DNA from: a virus
DNA: 49,666 nt
Virus record (IMG/VR): IMGVR_UViG_3300045988_171666
Direction: 5' to 3' (one strand)
Shown here piece after piece: positions 25,670 to 33,288 of the stretch. The position numbers and the translations under genes are program-made. Below the pieces are notes generated by a model. That model saw only the letters and a list, made by a program, of their open reading frames with translations, did no database searches and was not told the DNA's origin. Within the stretch, counting starts at the first letter, position 1; each line of letters begins with the position of its first letter.

Positions 25670-26601
25670 AATACGAAAATATGTTTGTCCTTGGAATTAA
25701 AGTCGTTCTTGATAGGAGCGGGGAGGCCTAGTTCCGGGGCGTAAACTTTCATGTAATCCTCGATTACCGCTTCTAGTGACGTTACCTGCTCGGCGTAGAA
25801 ATTACCGTTGTCCGTGGGATCGGAATACAGCGGATAGATCACGGGCTTAAACTCCAGCTGGCCGGCCGCCGTACGTTGTACCCGGGTGGTTTGGCTGGTA
25901 TGGAGCTTGGCTACGTACATGGCGAGCCATACCCGGATATAATCAATCAGCTTGATCCGGAGCGGATCATCCACGCCGGTTCTTAAGGTGTCTTTTAAGC
26001 TCTTGTCAAGAGTGGTCCCGATCCAGCGGCATAGCTTCATCTCCAGTGTATCGAGTAGGGGACGGAACTTTTCGAAGGTCAACCGGGAATAATCGATATT
26101 CACCTTACCGTAATATTGGAACTCCCGGGCGGAATTAAGGTAGTGGCCGTTGGCTTGGTTCTTGTAATAGCGGCTTTCTTTCCATTCCGGATAGTCGTTC
26201 TCGTGGCTTCCGAGATGGTCCAGTAGCTTATCCAAGTTATTCCATCCCCGTTCCTGCATGCTCTCTTCCGATCGGGCGATCTTTTGATCGCTGGCTACGG
26301 TGAACTTATCGTTCCGGCTTACCGTATGCCCGCTGTCACCGATCAAGACCCCTAGCTCCGGACTGGCTAGCGCTACGGCCAATGGTCCCAGTGTCCGGCT
26401 GGCGAGCGTCTTGATCGTAAGGATATCTTCCGTTAACGGCTCTCGATACAGCCGATCGACCAAGGCTTCCCCGAGGTAGGGGACGATATATCGATCGAAA
26501 GCGTCTTGAAGATAAGGCTCCAATATCTCGAACTTAAATGAGGCGTTTACCTTGACGGTATGCCTCAAATCATCTATCGTTTGTAGGAATGGCTGTGTCA
26601 T
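25666..26601 (-). CDS. Hypothetical virion-module protein
   Basis: 311-aa ORF immediately after the portal candidate. Confidence 0.5.
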   Translation of the reverse strand: MTQPFLQTIDDLRHTVKVNASFKFEILEPYLQDAFDRYIVPYLGEALVDRLYREPLTEDILTIKTLASRTLGPLAVALASPELGVLIGDSGHTVSRNDKFTVASDQKIARSEESMQERGWNNLDKLLDHLGSHENDYPEWKESRYYKNQANGHYLNSAREFQYYGKVNIDYSRLTFEKFRPLLDTLEMKLCRWIGTTLDKSLKDTLRTGVDDPLRIKLIDYIRVWLAMYVAKLHTSQTTRVQRTAAGQLEFKPVIYPLYSDPTDNGNFYAEQVTSLEAVIEDYMKVYAPELGLPAPIKNDFNSKDKHIFVL

Positions 26602-26603
26602 GA

Positions 26604-28025
26604 TTATACTTTTTCGTTACCGATACTCTTTTCCGATCCCGTGTTCTTATCGAGTGTCGTTAGCATGATATTGGGTATCACGAACTCGATGTCTTTTCCC
26701 CATCCGTTGATCTCCCGGGCTAGGTATAGCGGGAGAACCATCATGTCCCGGAGCGGCTTGAACAGCACTTGGGCGATAATGAATAACTCCCGGGCCTCGG
26801 TACCGTTGATGTTCTTCGATTTCCCGGGCGACGCTCCTTTCAAGGACGGATGTACGCCCATCGTGTTACAGATCACGTTTGTCGCTTCCTCCGAGTCCTC
26901 GATATACTCACCGCCCTTGATAAATGATTCCAAGGGCTTGATGATGATATCGTTCTCCTCGTATTTATTGATCTGATCATACCGGAAATGGGATACGAAG
27001 CTCTTGCCGGCGTTCTCCTCTCCGGAAAGGAAGTCGTTCAGTTGTTGTAGGAAAGCGTTCTTGCGCTCGTTCCGTTTCTTCTTGTCATCCTTGGGGATAC
27101 CTTCCGAGTCGTAAAGCTTGTCCCAAAATTTCATGTTGATGGAGACGTGATATTTCAAGACCATCTGGTTTTTCAGCAACGCCTTCTTGAATTTCGGGAT
27201 GGCGCAACTGAACTCGTACCAATCGAGGAAGATGGACCACCAATAAGGGCGGTTGTAATAAAAACGCCCCGGTACCGGCATATTGAGGCTTAACGTATAG
27301 CCATTCTCTTCCTCGTCCTTTTTCTCTCCGGTCTCCGGATCGGGTACGAGCCCGGTACGGACCTTGAGATCGTAAAGCGGGCTTCGGCGGTCTAGCAATC
27401 TCGTTACGATCACGTCGTCCGGAAATGATTCCTCTCCCCATTGCGAGGAATAACCATGATACTCGATGCGTTTCGTCTTCTCGTCTTGCTCGCTGATCCG
27501 GGAAAAGCACATCTCCCGGTGCCAGATCTGGACTACCTTCGGTCTCTCTCCGGCCTTCCGTTTGCCAAAAGCCAGATAGACGAAAGAGTCGGAGAATACG
27601 ACCAGATCGTTGGCCAGCTCGGACATTACCCGTAAGTAGTTGCTATCCGATATGAACTGGAATATCTCCGGAGCCTCTTCCGGGGTAAGTTCCTCCAGCT
27701 CGATCTTTTGGGTCTCCGGATTCTTCACCCTCCGGCAGACCATCAACCCATCGCCGTAGGCCATGTTCGCCTTGAACTCGATATTGCTGCCTACGATCGT
27801 GTTGTCGGCGATCTTTTTCATGATCCTTACGGGCAACTTGTCTTGGTGACCGAACGGGACAAACCTGACCTCTTTCTTGACGGAAGATCCTTTGGCCGGG
27901 GTAATGACCGTGGCCGTGAATTTTTTATCCTCCAGAAAACCTACGTCCTCGGTCATGACCACCGCCGCTTTTGCTCCGGGGAGGAAAGCGGTGTCACCCA
28001 TTAGAAATACGTTCTTGCGTCCCAT
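26604..28025 (-). CDS. Portal protein candidate
   Basis: 473 aa. It is the first large structural ORF after the large terminase once the inserted island and lysis cassette are ignored. Called on size and synteny only. Confidence 0.5.
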   Translation of the reverse strand: MGRKNVFLMGDTAFLPGAKAAVVMTEDVGFLEDKKFTATVITPAKGSSVKKEVRFVPFGHQDKLPVRIMKKIADNTIVGSNIEFKANMAYGDGLMVCRRVKNPETQKIELEELTPEEAPEIFQFISDSNYLRVMSELANDLVVFSDSFVYLAFGKRKAGERPKVVQIWHREMCFSRISEQDEKTKRIEYHGYSSQWGEESFPDDVIVTRLLDRRSPLYDLKVRTGLVPDPETGEKKDEEENGYTLSLNMPVPGRFYYNRPYWWSIFLDWYEFSCAIPKFKKALLKNQMVLKYHVSINMKFWDKLYDSEGIPKDDKKKRNERKNAFLQQLNDFLSGEENAGKSFVSHFRYDQINKYEENDIIIKPLESFIKGGEYIEDSEEATNVICNTMGVHPSLKGASPGKSKNINGTEARELFIIAQVLFKPLRDMMVLPLYLAREINGWGKDIEFVIPNIMLTTLDKNTGSEKSIGNEKV

Positions 28026-28303
28026 TATGCGTATATTTTTTTACCGTTAATCCGGATGATCATGCAGCGGATGAACTTCCGGGGGAACCGTTCGCCCCGA
28101 ATCCGGATGTTTACCGTGCTTCCCTTGGCGTGGATCGAGCTGAAGTAGGCTACCTCATAATCCTCGATCGAGCCGGGAGAGCCATTTCCCTCCCGGCTTT
28201 CATTCAACCGCACGTACGAGAACGAGAACATCTTGTATCGTCCCCGGTCATCCTTTTGCTGCATGACAGCCCAGACATCACTTTGTTTTATCCTTTTTTC
28301 CAT
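28025..28303 (-). CDS. Hypothetical 92-aa protein
   Basis: ORF whose stop overlaps the portal candidate start. Confidence 0.4.
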   Translation of the reverse strand: MEKRIKQSDVWAVMQQKDDRGRYKMFSFSYVRLNESREGNGSPGSIEDYEVAYFSSIHAKGSTVNIRIRGERFPRKFIRCMIIRINGKKIYA

Positions 28304-28796
28304 ATCTCCATCTTAAAAAGATTACCAAGGCCAGAACCATCGTTACGCCGAGCGCCCACCACCCGAGGGCGTTCTTGCCGACATCGGAGTTGAGCTCGGT
28401 ATCTCCGGACCGGTCTTCCTCATGGCTGGCTTCCGACCGGGCGAAAACGCTCTCGTTCTCCTCTTTCTTTTGGCTTTCCGCTTCTTCTTTTCGCTCGTTC
28501 TCATGTTCCTCGCCTTCGAGTGTCGTTTCCGCCTTGACCGGGTATCGACCGTTTTCGTCCGGCTGCCGCTCAAGGTCGAATTCCCTTCGTATGATCCGGA
28601 TGTTTCTCCACCGATCTCGCACGGTGTTGGAACTGGCAAGCCGTACATCCATAGAGGTATCCAAGCTCTCCAATACCTGTCGCTCTTGATCTCTGTAATG
28701 GCTATGATCAGAAGCGCTACGACGCACGGAGCAGCTAGCGCAAAGAGCCACCATTCCGGCCAAGACACACAATCTCTTATAAAGTCCATATTCCAT
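28278..28796 (-). CDS. Lipoprotein with a C-terminal TM anchor (unimolecular-spanin-like)
   Basis: 172 aa. N-terminal signal with Cys (LCVLAGMVALCASCS), a highly charged middle, and a C-terminal TM (LGWWALGVTMVLALVIFLRW). Lies directly after the endolysin candidate. Confidence 0.5.
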   Translation of the reverse strand: MEYGLYKRLCVLAGMVALCASCSVRRSASDHSHYRDQERQVLESLDTSMDVRLASSNTVRDRWRNIRIIRREFDLERQPDENGRYPVKAETTLEGEEHENERKEEAESQKKEENESVFARSEASHEEDRSGDTELNSDVGKNALGWWALGVTMVLALVIFLRWRYGKKDKTK

Positions 28797-28838
28797 GATT
28801 CGCTATCCAAAAGGGAGTTCGCATAAACAATACCACTC

Positions 28839-29252
28839 TCACATCAGTTCCCAGCCGGCCTCGATATCTTCCATAGGGATACGCTCGCCGTTCTCCATGT
28901 AGCACATGGCATCCACTAGGGCGCACATCGTTCCCTTGTCCGACAGGTCTAGCCGGCAACAGTCCGGCATCTGCATCTCCCGGCATACCCATCGTACGTA
29001 AGCCGCCGTGTCATTCTCATCGCGGGGTGCCCATCGTTCTATCAGTTCCTTTATGGAATGTAGGTTATACGATCGCTGGTATTTTAGCAAGAGCTTCATC
29101 ATGGCCCGTACCCCATGCGGTATATCCTCGAATTCCTCGAAAGCGTTGTCCTTTTTATCGGCTTTCGATACTTCTCCGGCCCAGTCGTTCCGCTCCGAGT
29201 TCCGGATATTACCGGGGTTGTTGTTTCGGATTCCCCTTGGTGTCGTTGTCAT
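28839..29252 (-). CDS. Endolysin candidate (P5-like cell-wall hydrolase family)
   Basis: 137 aa with the N-terminal motif GIRNNNPGNIRNS, which I associate with phage structural/lytic P5-like proteins. Lies between the holin and spanin candidates. Confidence 0.5.
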   Translation of the reverse strand: MTTTPRGIRNNNPGNIRNSERNDWAGEVSKADKKDNAFEEFEDIPHGVRAMMKLLLKYQRSYNLHSIKELIERWAPRDENDTAAYVRWVCREMQMPDCCRLDLSDKGTMCALVDAMCYMENGERIPMEDIEAGWELM

Positions 29253-29751
29253 TTTTACAATCCTCCTTATCTAATTGGTTACTAATATTCTTTCCTAGCT
29301 TAGACTCGATCTCTCCTTTGAGTTGTAGTTTAAGCAGCTTTGGAAACATCATGTTCGGCCAGATAATCAATGCGCTACCCAGCATGCTCCACAGCTCGCA
29401 CACACAGGCTAGGGTACATCCGGCCTTGGTGATTATGGCGTTATCTTGAGTGAATATCCGTTCCGTAACGAATACCACGAGCATGAAACCGAAATAGACG
29501 ATCACCTTGGCGGGGGTATCTCTTCCGCTTTGTGATAGGAAGAATTTACCTTGCTTCTTTGCCGAGAACATCCCGAATAGCAAGTCGGCCGTAATAGCCA
29601 CGCCCATAGCGGCGAAAGCGTATTTCACGGGCGAGATAAAATTCAATAAGAATATCATCCCGCTTATCATCCAGCCCCAAGAATGGTTCAATACCATCTG
29701 GAGCTTAATCAAGATCCTCTCTACGATCGGGCTAAATACCTGTGATATCAT
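29209..29751 (-). CDS. Holin-family membrane protein
   Basis: Multiple TM segments (WGWMISGMIFLLNFI, FAAMGVAITADLLFGMF, VIVYFGFMLVVFV, LACVCELWSMLGSALII). First gene of the lysis cassette. The ATG is at 29751; the track start at 29757 is TTG. Confidence 0.55.
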   Translation of the reverse strand: MISQVFSPIVERILIKLQMVLNHSWGWMISGMIFLLNFISPVKYAFAAMGVAITADLLFGMFSAKKQGKFFLSQSGRDTPAKVIVYFGFMLVVFVTERIFTQDNAIITKAGCTLACVCELWSMLGSALIIWPNMMFPKLLKLQLKGEIESKLGKNISNQLDKEDCKNDNDTKGNPKQQPR

Positions 29752-29803
29752 CTCCAAACATTTTTCACAAAGATGCTCGTAATCATACCTTCGGAAAAGG
29801 ACA

Positions 29804-29838
29804 TGAAAAAGCCCCGCGAGGATTTCTCCGGGCGGGGC
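29804..29838 (-). terminator. Intrinsic terminator closing the paralog cassette
   Basis: gccccgc (29811-29817) pairs with gcggggc (29832-29838). The minus strand continues CTTTTTC. Confidence 0.6.
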
Positions 29839-29891
29839 TTGATTGATGTGTTATTCTTCTGGCAATAGTAGCCGAAAGGCTCCGTCAAGTT

Positions 29892-30077
29892 TCATTTCAG
29901 TTCCTCCTTTTCCACTTCTTTGAAGAATGCGGCTATAGAATGATACAGTTCTATTAATTCTTCACGGCTTATATCGCGAATACAGTTCATGCTTTCTCCT
30001 ATATTTATATCGTAGGAGGCTGTCTCTTTGCCTCTTTTATAGAATGATTTTACACGTGATATATCAACCCTTGTCAT
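29892..30077 (-). CDS. Hypothetical 61-aa protein
   Basis: ATG at 30077 (MTRVDISRVKSF...); the track start at 30098 is TTG. The C-terminus loosely resembles that of 20982..21227. Confidence 0.4.
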   Translation of the reverse strand: MTRVDISRVKSFYKRGKETASYDINIGESMNCIRDISREELIELYHSIAAFFKEVEKEELK

Positions 30078-30216
30078 TTTCAGCCTCCTTTCTTTCAATA
30101 AATTGGTTTATGACAATTCCCATTTCTTTCAAAGAGTCATAGTCTATATCATCCGGAAAACGTTCATCTGTGTATACACCATAATTATAATGGACAGATG
30201 AATAGTTACTCCACAT
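30064..30216 (-). CDS. Hypothetical 50-aa protein (below the ORF-track cutoff)
   Basis: Manual translation gives MWSNYSSVHYNYGVYTDERFPDDIDYDSLKEMGIVINQFIERKEAENDKG. Overlaps the next ORF by 14 nt. Confidence 0.3.
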   Translation of the reverse strand: MWSNYSSVHYNYGVYTDERFPDDIDYDSLKEMGIVINQFIERKEAENDKG

Positions 30217-30239
30217 CACGCATTCCTGTACTACGCATC

Positions 30240-30512
30240 TCATCCTCTACCTCCTTTCTTCGCAGAGTTGTAAATGAACCAAGCTACCACCACTAGCGGT
30301 AAGAACGCCGGAGACAGCATGGCTAATAAGGCTACTGTGTACATTTTAGCCTCGTAAATGGATTTACAGGAGGCGATACCAAGAGGTAAGAGGTTGTAGA
30401 CCTTTTGGGCGGTAGCCCAAGAAAAGAAACCCGTTTCGTGGGTGGACGTTGATTGTAGGGTACTATTATTCCCCGGCAAACAAATGTTCGGTTGTTTGAG
30501 CATAACTAACAT
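30240..30512 (-). CDS. Small membrane protein, paralog B
   Basis: 90 aa. The C-terminal 60 residues are near-identical to 21220..21462 (FSWATAQKVYNLLPLGIASCKSIYEAKMYTVALLAMLSPAFLPLVVVAWFIYNSAKKGG). Confidence 0.55.
   Translation of the reverse strand: MLVMLKQPNICLPGNNSTLQSTSTHETGFFSWATAQKVYNLLPLGIASCKSIYEAKMYTVALLAMLSPAFLPLVVVAWFIYNSAKKGGRG
30250..30427 (-). repeat. Dispersed direct repeat, copy B (partner 21233-21410)
   Basis: See copy A. Same orientation, 9,017 nt apart. Confidence 0.9.
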
Positions 30513-30750
30513 TGTTTGTTTGGGGCAGGAAAAACAAAAAACGGTCTCGCCTGTCCCTTTGCTCTACACCAACCAGGCAGTTACGGCCATTAAGCCATAT
30601 CAAGGGGGTACGAAACCGCTATATTATATATACGTATAGTATGGACACAAAAAATGCCGATACAAATATGTTCGGCGGTTACCCGCCTGGTCGAAATAGA
30701 GCACTGCAAATATGGGGAATTCTCCCCACACTTGCAATACTTTCCCCTGA

Positions 30751-31329
30751 TTATTTCTTTTCTTCCTCAAATTTGATAATCATCTGCTTGTATTCTTTGA
30801 TCCGCTTTCCTAATTGGGAGAAGCGGCTTTTGGTTTCTTTCTTCTCTGTTTCTTCCAGTTGGAACAGCTCTTGTATTCTCTTATCTGCGTTCGGGTCTGT
30901 GGAAAGTTCATTTTTTAGTTTTTCTATTCTAAGTTTTCGATTTGCAGCCTCCTTTAGCTTTGCTTTAACTTGGATGTACTCACCAAAAAGAATTTCGTCA
31001 ATCGTTTTGTACACCCACACTTCAAACTTAGGACTTAGCCATGCCGCAAATTTTAGGGCAACGCTACGTTCCATCCATGTACCATTGTTGCGACCACCAT
31101 TTACGACTTTTACTAGTTTCCCTTCAGGTGAAAATTCATTTTCAGACCGCAGATCTGCGGTCTGACAGTAGGCTTGAATGTATGCTTTTGTACTGTCAAG
31201 ACGCAAAAAGCCAAATACGTCTTTTTCAAAAATCTTTGCCATCTCTGTTGCATTTACCATAACATTTTCATCTGCATTAATATCGAATGCAATTCGATTG
31301 TTCTCGAAATTTAATACCTTTGTTGCCAT
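30751..31329 (-). CDS. KilA-N domain protein (antirepressor/Bro-like)
   Basis: 192 aa. FENNRIAFDINADENVMVNATEMAKIF ... GTWMERSVALKFAAWLSPKFEVWVYKTI is the classic KilA-N/Bro-N pattern. The C-terminus is coiled-coil. Confidence 0.75.
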   Translation of the reverse strand: MATKVLNFENNRIAFDINADENVMVNATEMAKIFEKDVFGFLRLDSTKAYIQAYCQTADLRSENEFSPEGKLVKVVNGGRNNGTWMERSVALKFAAWLSPKFEVWVYKTIDEILFGEYIQVKAKLKEAANRKLRIEKLKNELSTDPNADKRIQELFQLEETEKKETKSRFSQLGKRIKEYKQMIIKFEEEKK

Positions 31330-31357
31330 AACCTTAACTTTTTAATTGTTTATGATT

Positions 31358-31390
31358 GGCGGGGAGGAAAATCCCCGCCTTTTGTTTTTG
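31358..31390 (+). terminator. Strong hairpin plus T-run, oriented for the plus strand
   Basis: ggcgggga (31358-31365) pairs with tccccgcc (31372-31379), then ttttgtttttg follows. It sits between two minus-strand ORFs, so it would stop antisense (plus-strand) transcription. Confidence 0.5.
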
Positions 31391-31393
31391 TAC

Positions 31394-31528
31394 TTATTGC
31401 TGATTTATCATTTCCTCCAATAGAACTTCTATTTCCTCTTCTTCCTCTCTTTCAAGTTCTTCCGTAACTTGTGCCCAATAAGCTTCATCATGAAGTCTGT
31501 TTTTCTTTGTGTTTAATTCTGTTTCCAT
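31394..31528 (-). CDS. Small acidic protein (44 aa, below the ORF-track cutoff)
   Basis: Manual translation gives METELNTKKNRLHDEAYWAQVTEELEREEEEEIEVLLEEMINQQ. Confidence 0.3.
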   Translation of the reverse strand: METELNTKKNRLHDEAYWAQVTEELEREEEEEIEVLLEEMINQQ

Positions 31529-31612
31529 ATTTTTAAACTGTTTATGATTGGTAATAAATATTAAATATTGTGCAAAGTAAAATATAATACTCTGATTATC
31601 AAATGTTTAAAT

Positions 31613-31649
31613 AAATATTTAACATTTTAATCGCAAATATTTAACATTT
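31613..31649. promoter_or_regulatory. Two 15-nt direct repeats spaced 22 nt start to start (operator candidate)
   Basis: aaatatttaacattt occurs at 31613-31627 and 31635-31649, upstream of the 44-aa ORF and the KilA-N gene. Confidence 0.4.
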
Positions 31650-31684
31650 CGGGCATAAAAAAGCCCCGCCGGGGATACCGACAG

Positions 31685-31724
31685 GGCATATAATGGGGGA
31701 AAGTTTTTGGATGGCAAAGAAAAA
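31685..31724. promoter_or_regulatory. Repeated promoter module, copy 4
   Basis: ggcatataatgggggaaagtttttggatggcaaagaaaaa. Confidence 0.4.
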
Positions 31725-31746
31725 GCCGGCTTTTATTGGGCCGGCT
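31715..31746 (-). terminator. Intrinsic terminator after the two small membrane ORFs
   Basis: agccggc (31724-31730) pairs with gccggct (31740-31746). The minus strand continues TTTTCTTTG. Confidence 0.55.
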
Positions 31747-31770
31747 GGGGAATATTCCAAAAAGAATTTA

Positions 31771-31875
31771 TCACATGTTCTCTATCCATCGTTTTCCGGA
31801 TGGTGTATAAGTATACGCTAATATGCCTACGGCAACAATAGCTACAACGGTAAAAAAAACAACTGCTATCTGCAT
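31771..31875 (-). CDS. Single-TM micro-protein (34 aa, below the ORF-track cutoff)
   Basis: Manual translation gives MQIAVVFFTVVAIVAVGILAYTYTPSGKRWIENM. Confidence 0.3.
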   Translation of the reverse strand: MQIAVVFFTVVAIVAVGILAYTYTPSGKRWIENM

Positions 31876-31883
31876 ATTATTTA

Positions 31884-32114
31884 TTATTTTAAGATTCTAT
31901 ATCCAATCATCGCAAAGGCAACCGTACCGATGAATCCCATCGCAAAAAGATAATTAGCCATGCTTGGTATCTCATCCTCTATCTCTCGGTTAAGTAATGA
32001 GGCTGCTACCCCTAGCACCAAAGCCGCAAAAGTCAACTTGGCCATATCAAAAAAGAACTTGGCGGTTGTTTCCTTTCTTACTTTACTTTTATCTAATTCA
32101 TTCTTGGTTGCCAT
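31884..32114 (-). CDS. Two-TM small membrane protein
   Basis: 76 aa with TM segments FAALVLGVAASLL and YLFAMGFIGTVAFAMIGYRIL. Its ATG lies only 4 nt after a -7-like TATTTG box. Confidence 0.5.
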   Translation of the reverse strand: MATKNELDKSKVRKETTAKFFFDMAKLTFAALVLGVAASLLNREIEDEIPSMANYLFAMGFIGTVAFAMIGYRILK

Positions 32115-32116
32115 GT

Positions 32117-32156
32117 CGCAAATATGGTGAAAGTTTTTGGGATGGCAAAGAAAAAA
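32117..32156. promoter_or_regulatory. Repeated promoter module, copy 5
   Basis: cgcaaatatggtgaaagtttttgggatggcaaagaaaaaa. The minus strand has TTTGCC, N.., then TATTTGCG directly before the ATG at 32114. Confidence 0.5.
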
Positions 32157-32284
32157 TCGTAATATCCTTATATAACTTTACACTGCTAGGTAATCCCTAA
32201 CATCCTATAATCACCATATCCCACCTTTACCCCCGTGATCACGACACAACTATCTATTATTCACTTCAAAACAATCAACAAACA

Positions 32285-32722
32285 ATGGCTACAACTTACA
32301 AATTAGTGCAGCGACGGGACATGCACAAGGGAGCGACTGAAGGCGATAAGCTTTATTACGCACAGGCGAAATCTACGGGTACTAGTGATATGGAGCGTCT
32401 TTGCTCCATGATTGGCGAGCGTTCTTGCGTATCCAGCGCAGACGTGAAAGCGGTGCTGGACTCGCTTATCTACGTGATGAAGCTGGAGATGTCGGACGGC
32501 AAGATCGTACAGCTGGGTGAGTTCGGTAATTTCCGTATCACGTTCGGTAGTGAGGGGACGAAGGTGGAGAAGGATTTCAACGCTACTAAGATTCGTCGTC
32601 CTAAGTATACCTTCTCTCCGGGTAAGGCGCTTCGCTCGCAAGCGAAGGTATTGCGATTCGAGAAGGTAAGCGTAGAAAAAGGCGAGGGAGGAAAAGACTC
32701 CGAGAGTCCAGACGAGATCTAG
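32285..32722 (+). CDS. HU-family (HU_HIG-type, Bacteroidetes histone-like) DNA-binding protein
   Basis: 145 aa. YKLVQRRDMHKG..KLYYAQAKSTGTSDMERLCSMIGERSCVSSADVKAVLDSLIYVMKLEMSDGKIVQLGEFGNFRITF matches that family's pattern. Confidence 0.7.
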   Translation: MATTYKLVQRRDMHKGATEGDKLYYAQAKSTGTSDMERLCSMIGERSCVSSADVKAVLDSLIYVMKLEMSDGKIVQLGEFGNFRITFGSEGTKVEKDFNATKIRRPKYTFSPGKALRSQAKVLRFEKVSVEKGEGGKDSESPDEI

Positions 32723-32836
32723 GCTAAAAGCACGCATCGTTTGAGGGAGAAGGGCGCATCGTTTTGGAAAAGAGGGTGCGTCCTTTTTTTATGAGGTTAG
32801 TATTCAGTATATTTGATAATTTATAAATAGAGAAGG

Positions 32837-33061
32837 ATGGACAATGAGAATTTTAAGATAAGGGCTTACGGGTTGCAGGAGCTAGGCATTCAATATTTCC
32901 CGAATAGCGCACCCGCTTCGGCCTCGATCCAGCTAAAGAGATGGATTAATCTAAACAAGGCGTTACTTTATGAGATTACCGAAGCCGGGTATCATTCCGG
33001 GCAACGCTTACTCACGCCACGGCAAGTACAAATCATAACAGCGCATTTAGGGCCTCCATAA
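32837..33061 (+). CDS. DUF4248 domain protein
   Basis: 74 aa. FKIRAYGLQELGIQYFPNS..LKRWINLNKALLYEITEAGYHSGQRLLTPRQVQIITAHLGPP. The family is commonly paired with HU_HIG genes in Bacteroides. Confidence 0.75.
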   Translation: MDNENFKIRAYGLQELGIQYFPNSAPASASIQLKRWINLNKALLYEITEAGYHSGQRLLTPRQVQIITAHLGPP

Positions 33062-33288
33062 CAGGGGCTCTTTTTTTGTCCCCGCATATTTCGCAACGGT
33101 TTCTCATTGTTGAAATGTTAATTTGTTGATACTTAATAGCTGCGCACCTCTCAAGTAGCGTTTTTTTCTCAAAGCATGCGAAAGTACCCCGCAGCGCCCT
33201 ACAAAAAAAATGCGGGCGCAAGTTCAATTTTTCACCTTATCTGCTGCCTCCCTTAGACAGATCACGCATGAAATGCGTCTACCGATTT

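Noticed and set aside
27085-27510. A 141-aa Arg-rich ORF in an alternative frame of the portal candidate, and similar ORFs at 35874..36206 and 12019..12348.
   Set aside because: They are embedded same-strand alternative frames with extreme Arg/Pro/Gly content, which is a compositional artefact of GC-rich genes.
28343-28810. A 155-aa alternative-frame ORF, plus the plus-strand ORFs 28375..28689 and 28422..28826, in the spanin region.
   Set aside because: They overlap 28278..28796, which has coherent signal-peptide and TM features. The alternative frames are Arg/Ser-rich with no recognisable features.
30512-31165. A 217-aa plus-strand ORF.
   Set aside because: It runs antisense through the well-supported KilA-N gene and an intergenic leader. 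Its translation is low-complexity (runs of S, F and L).
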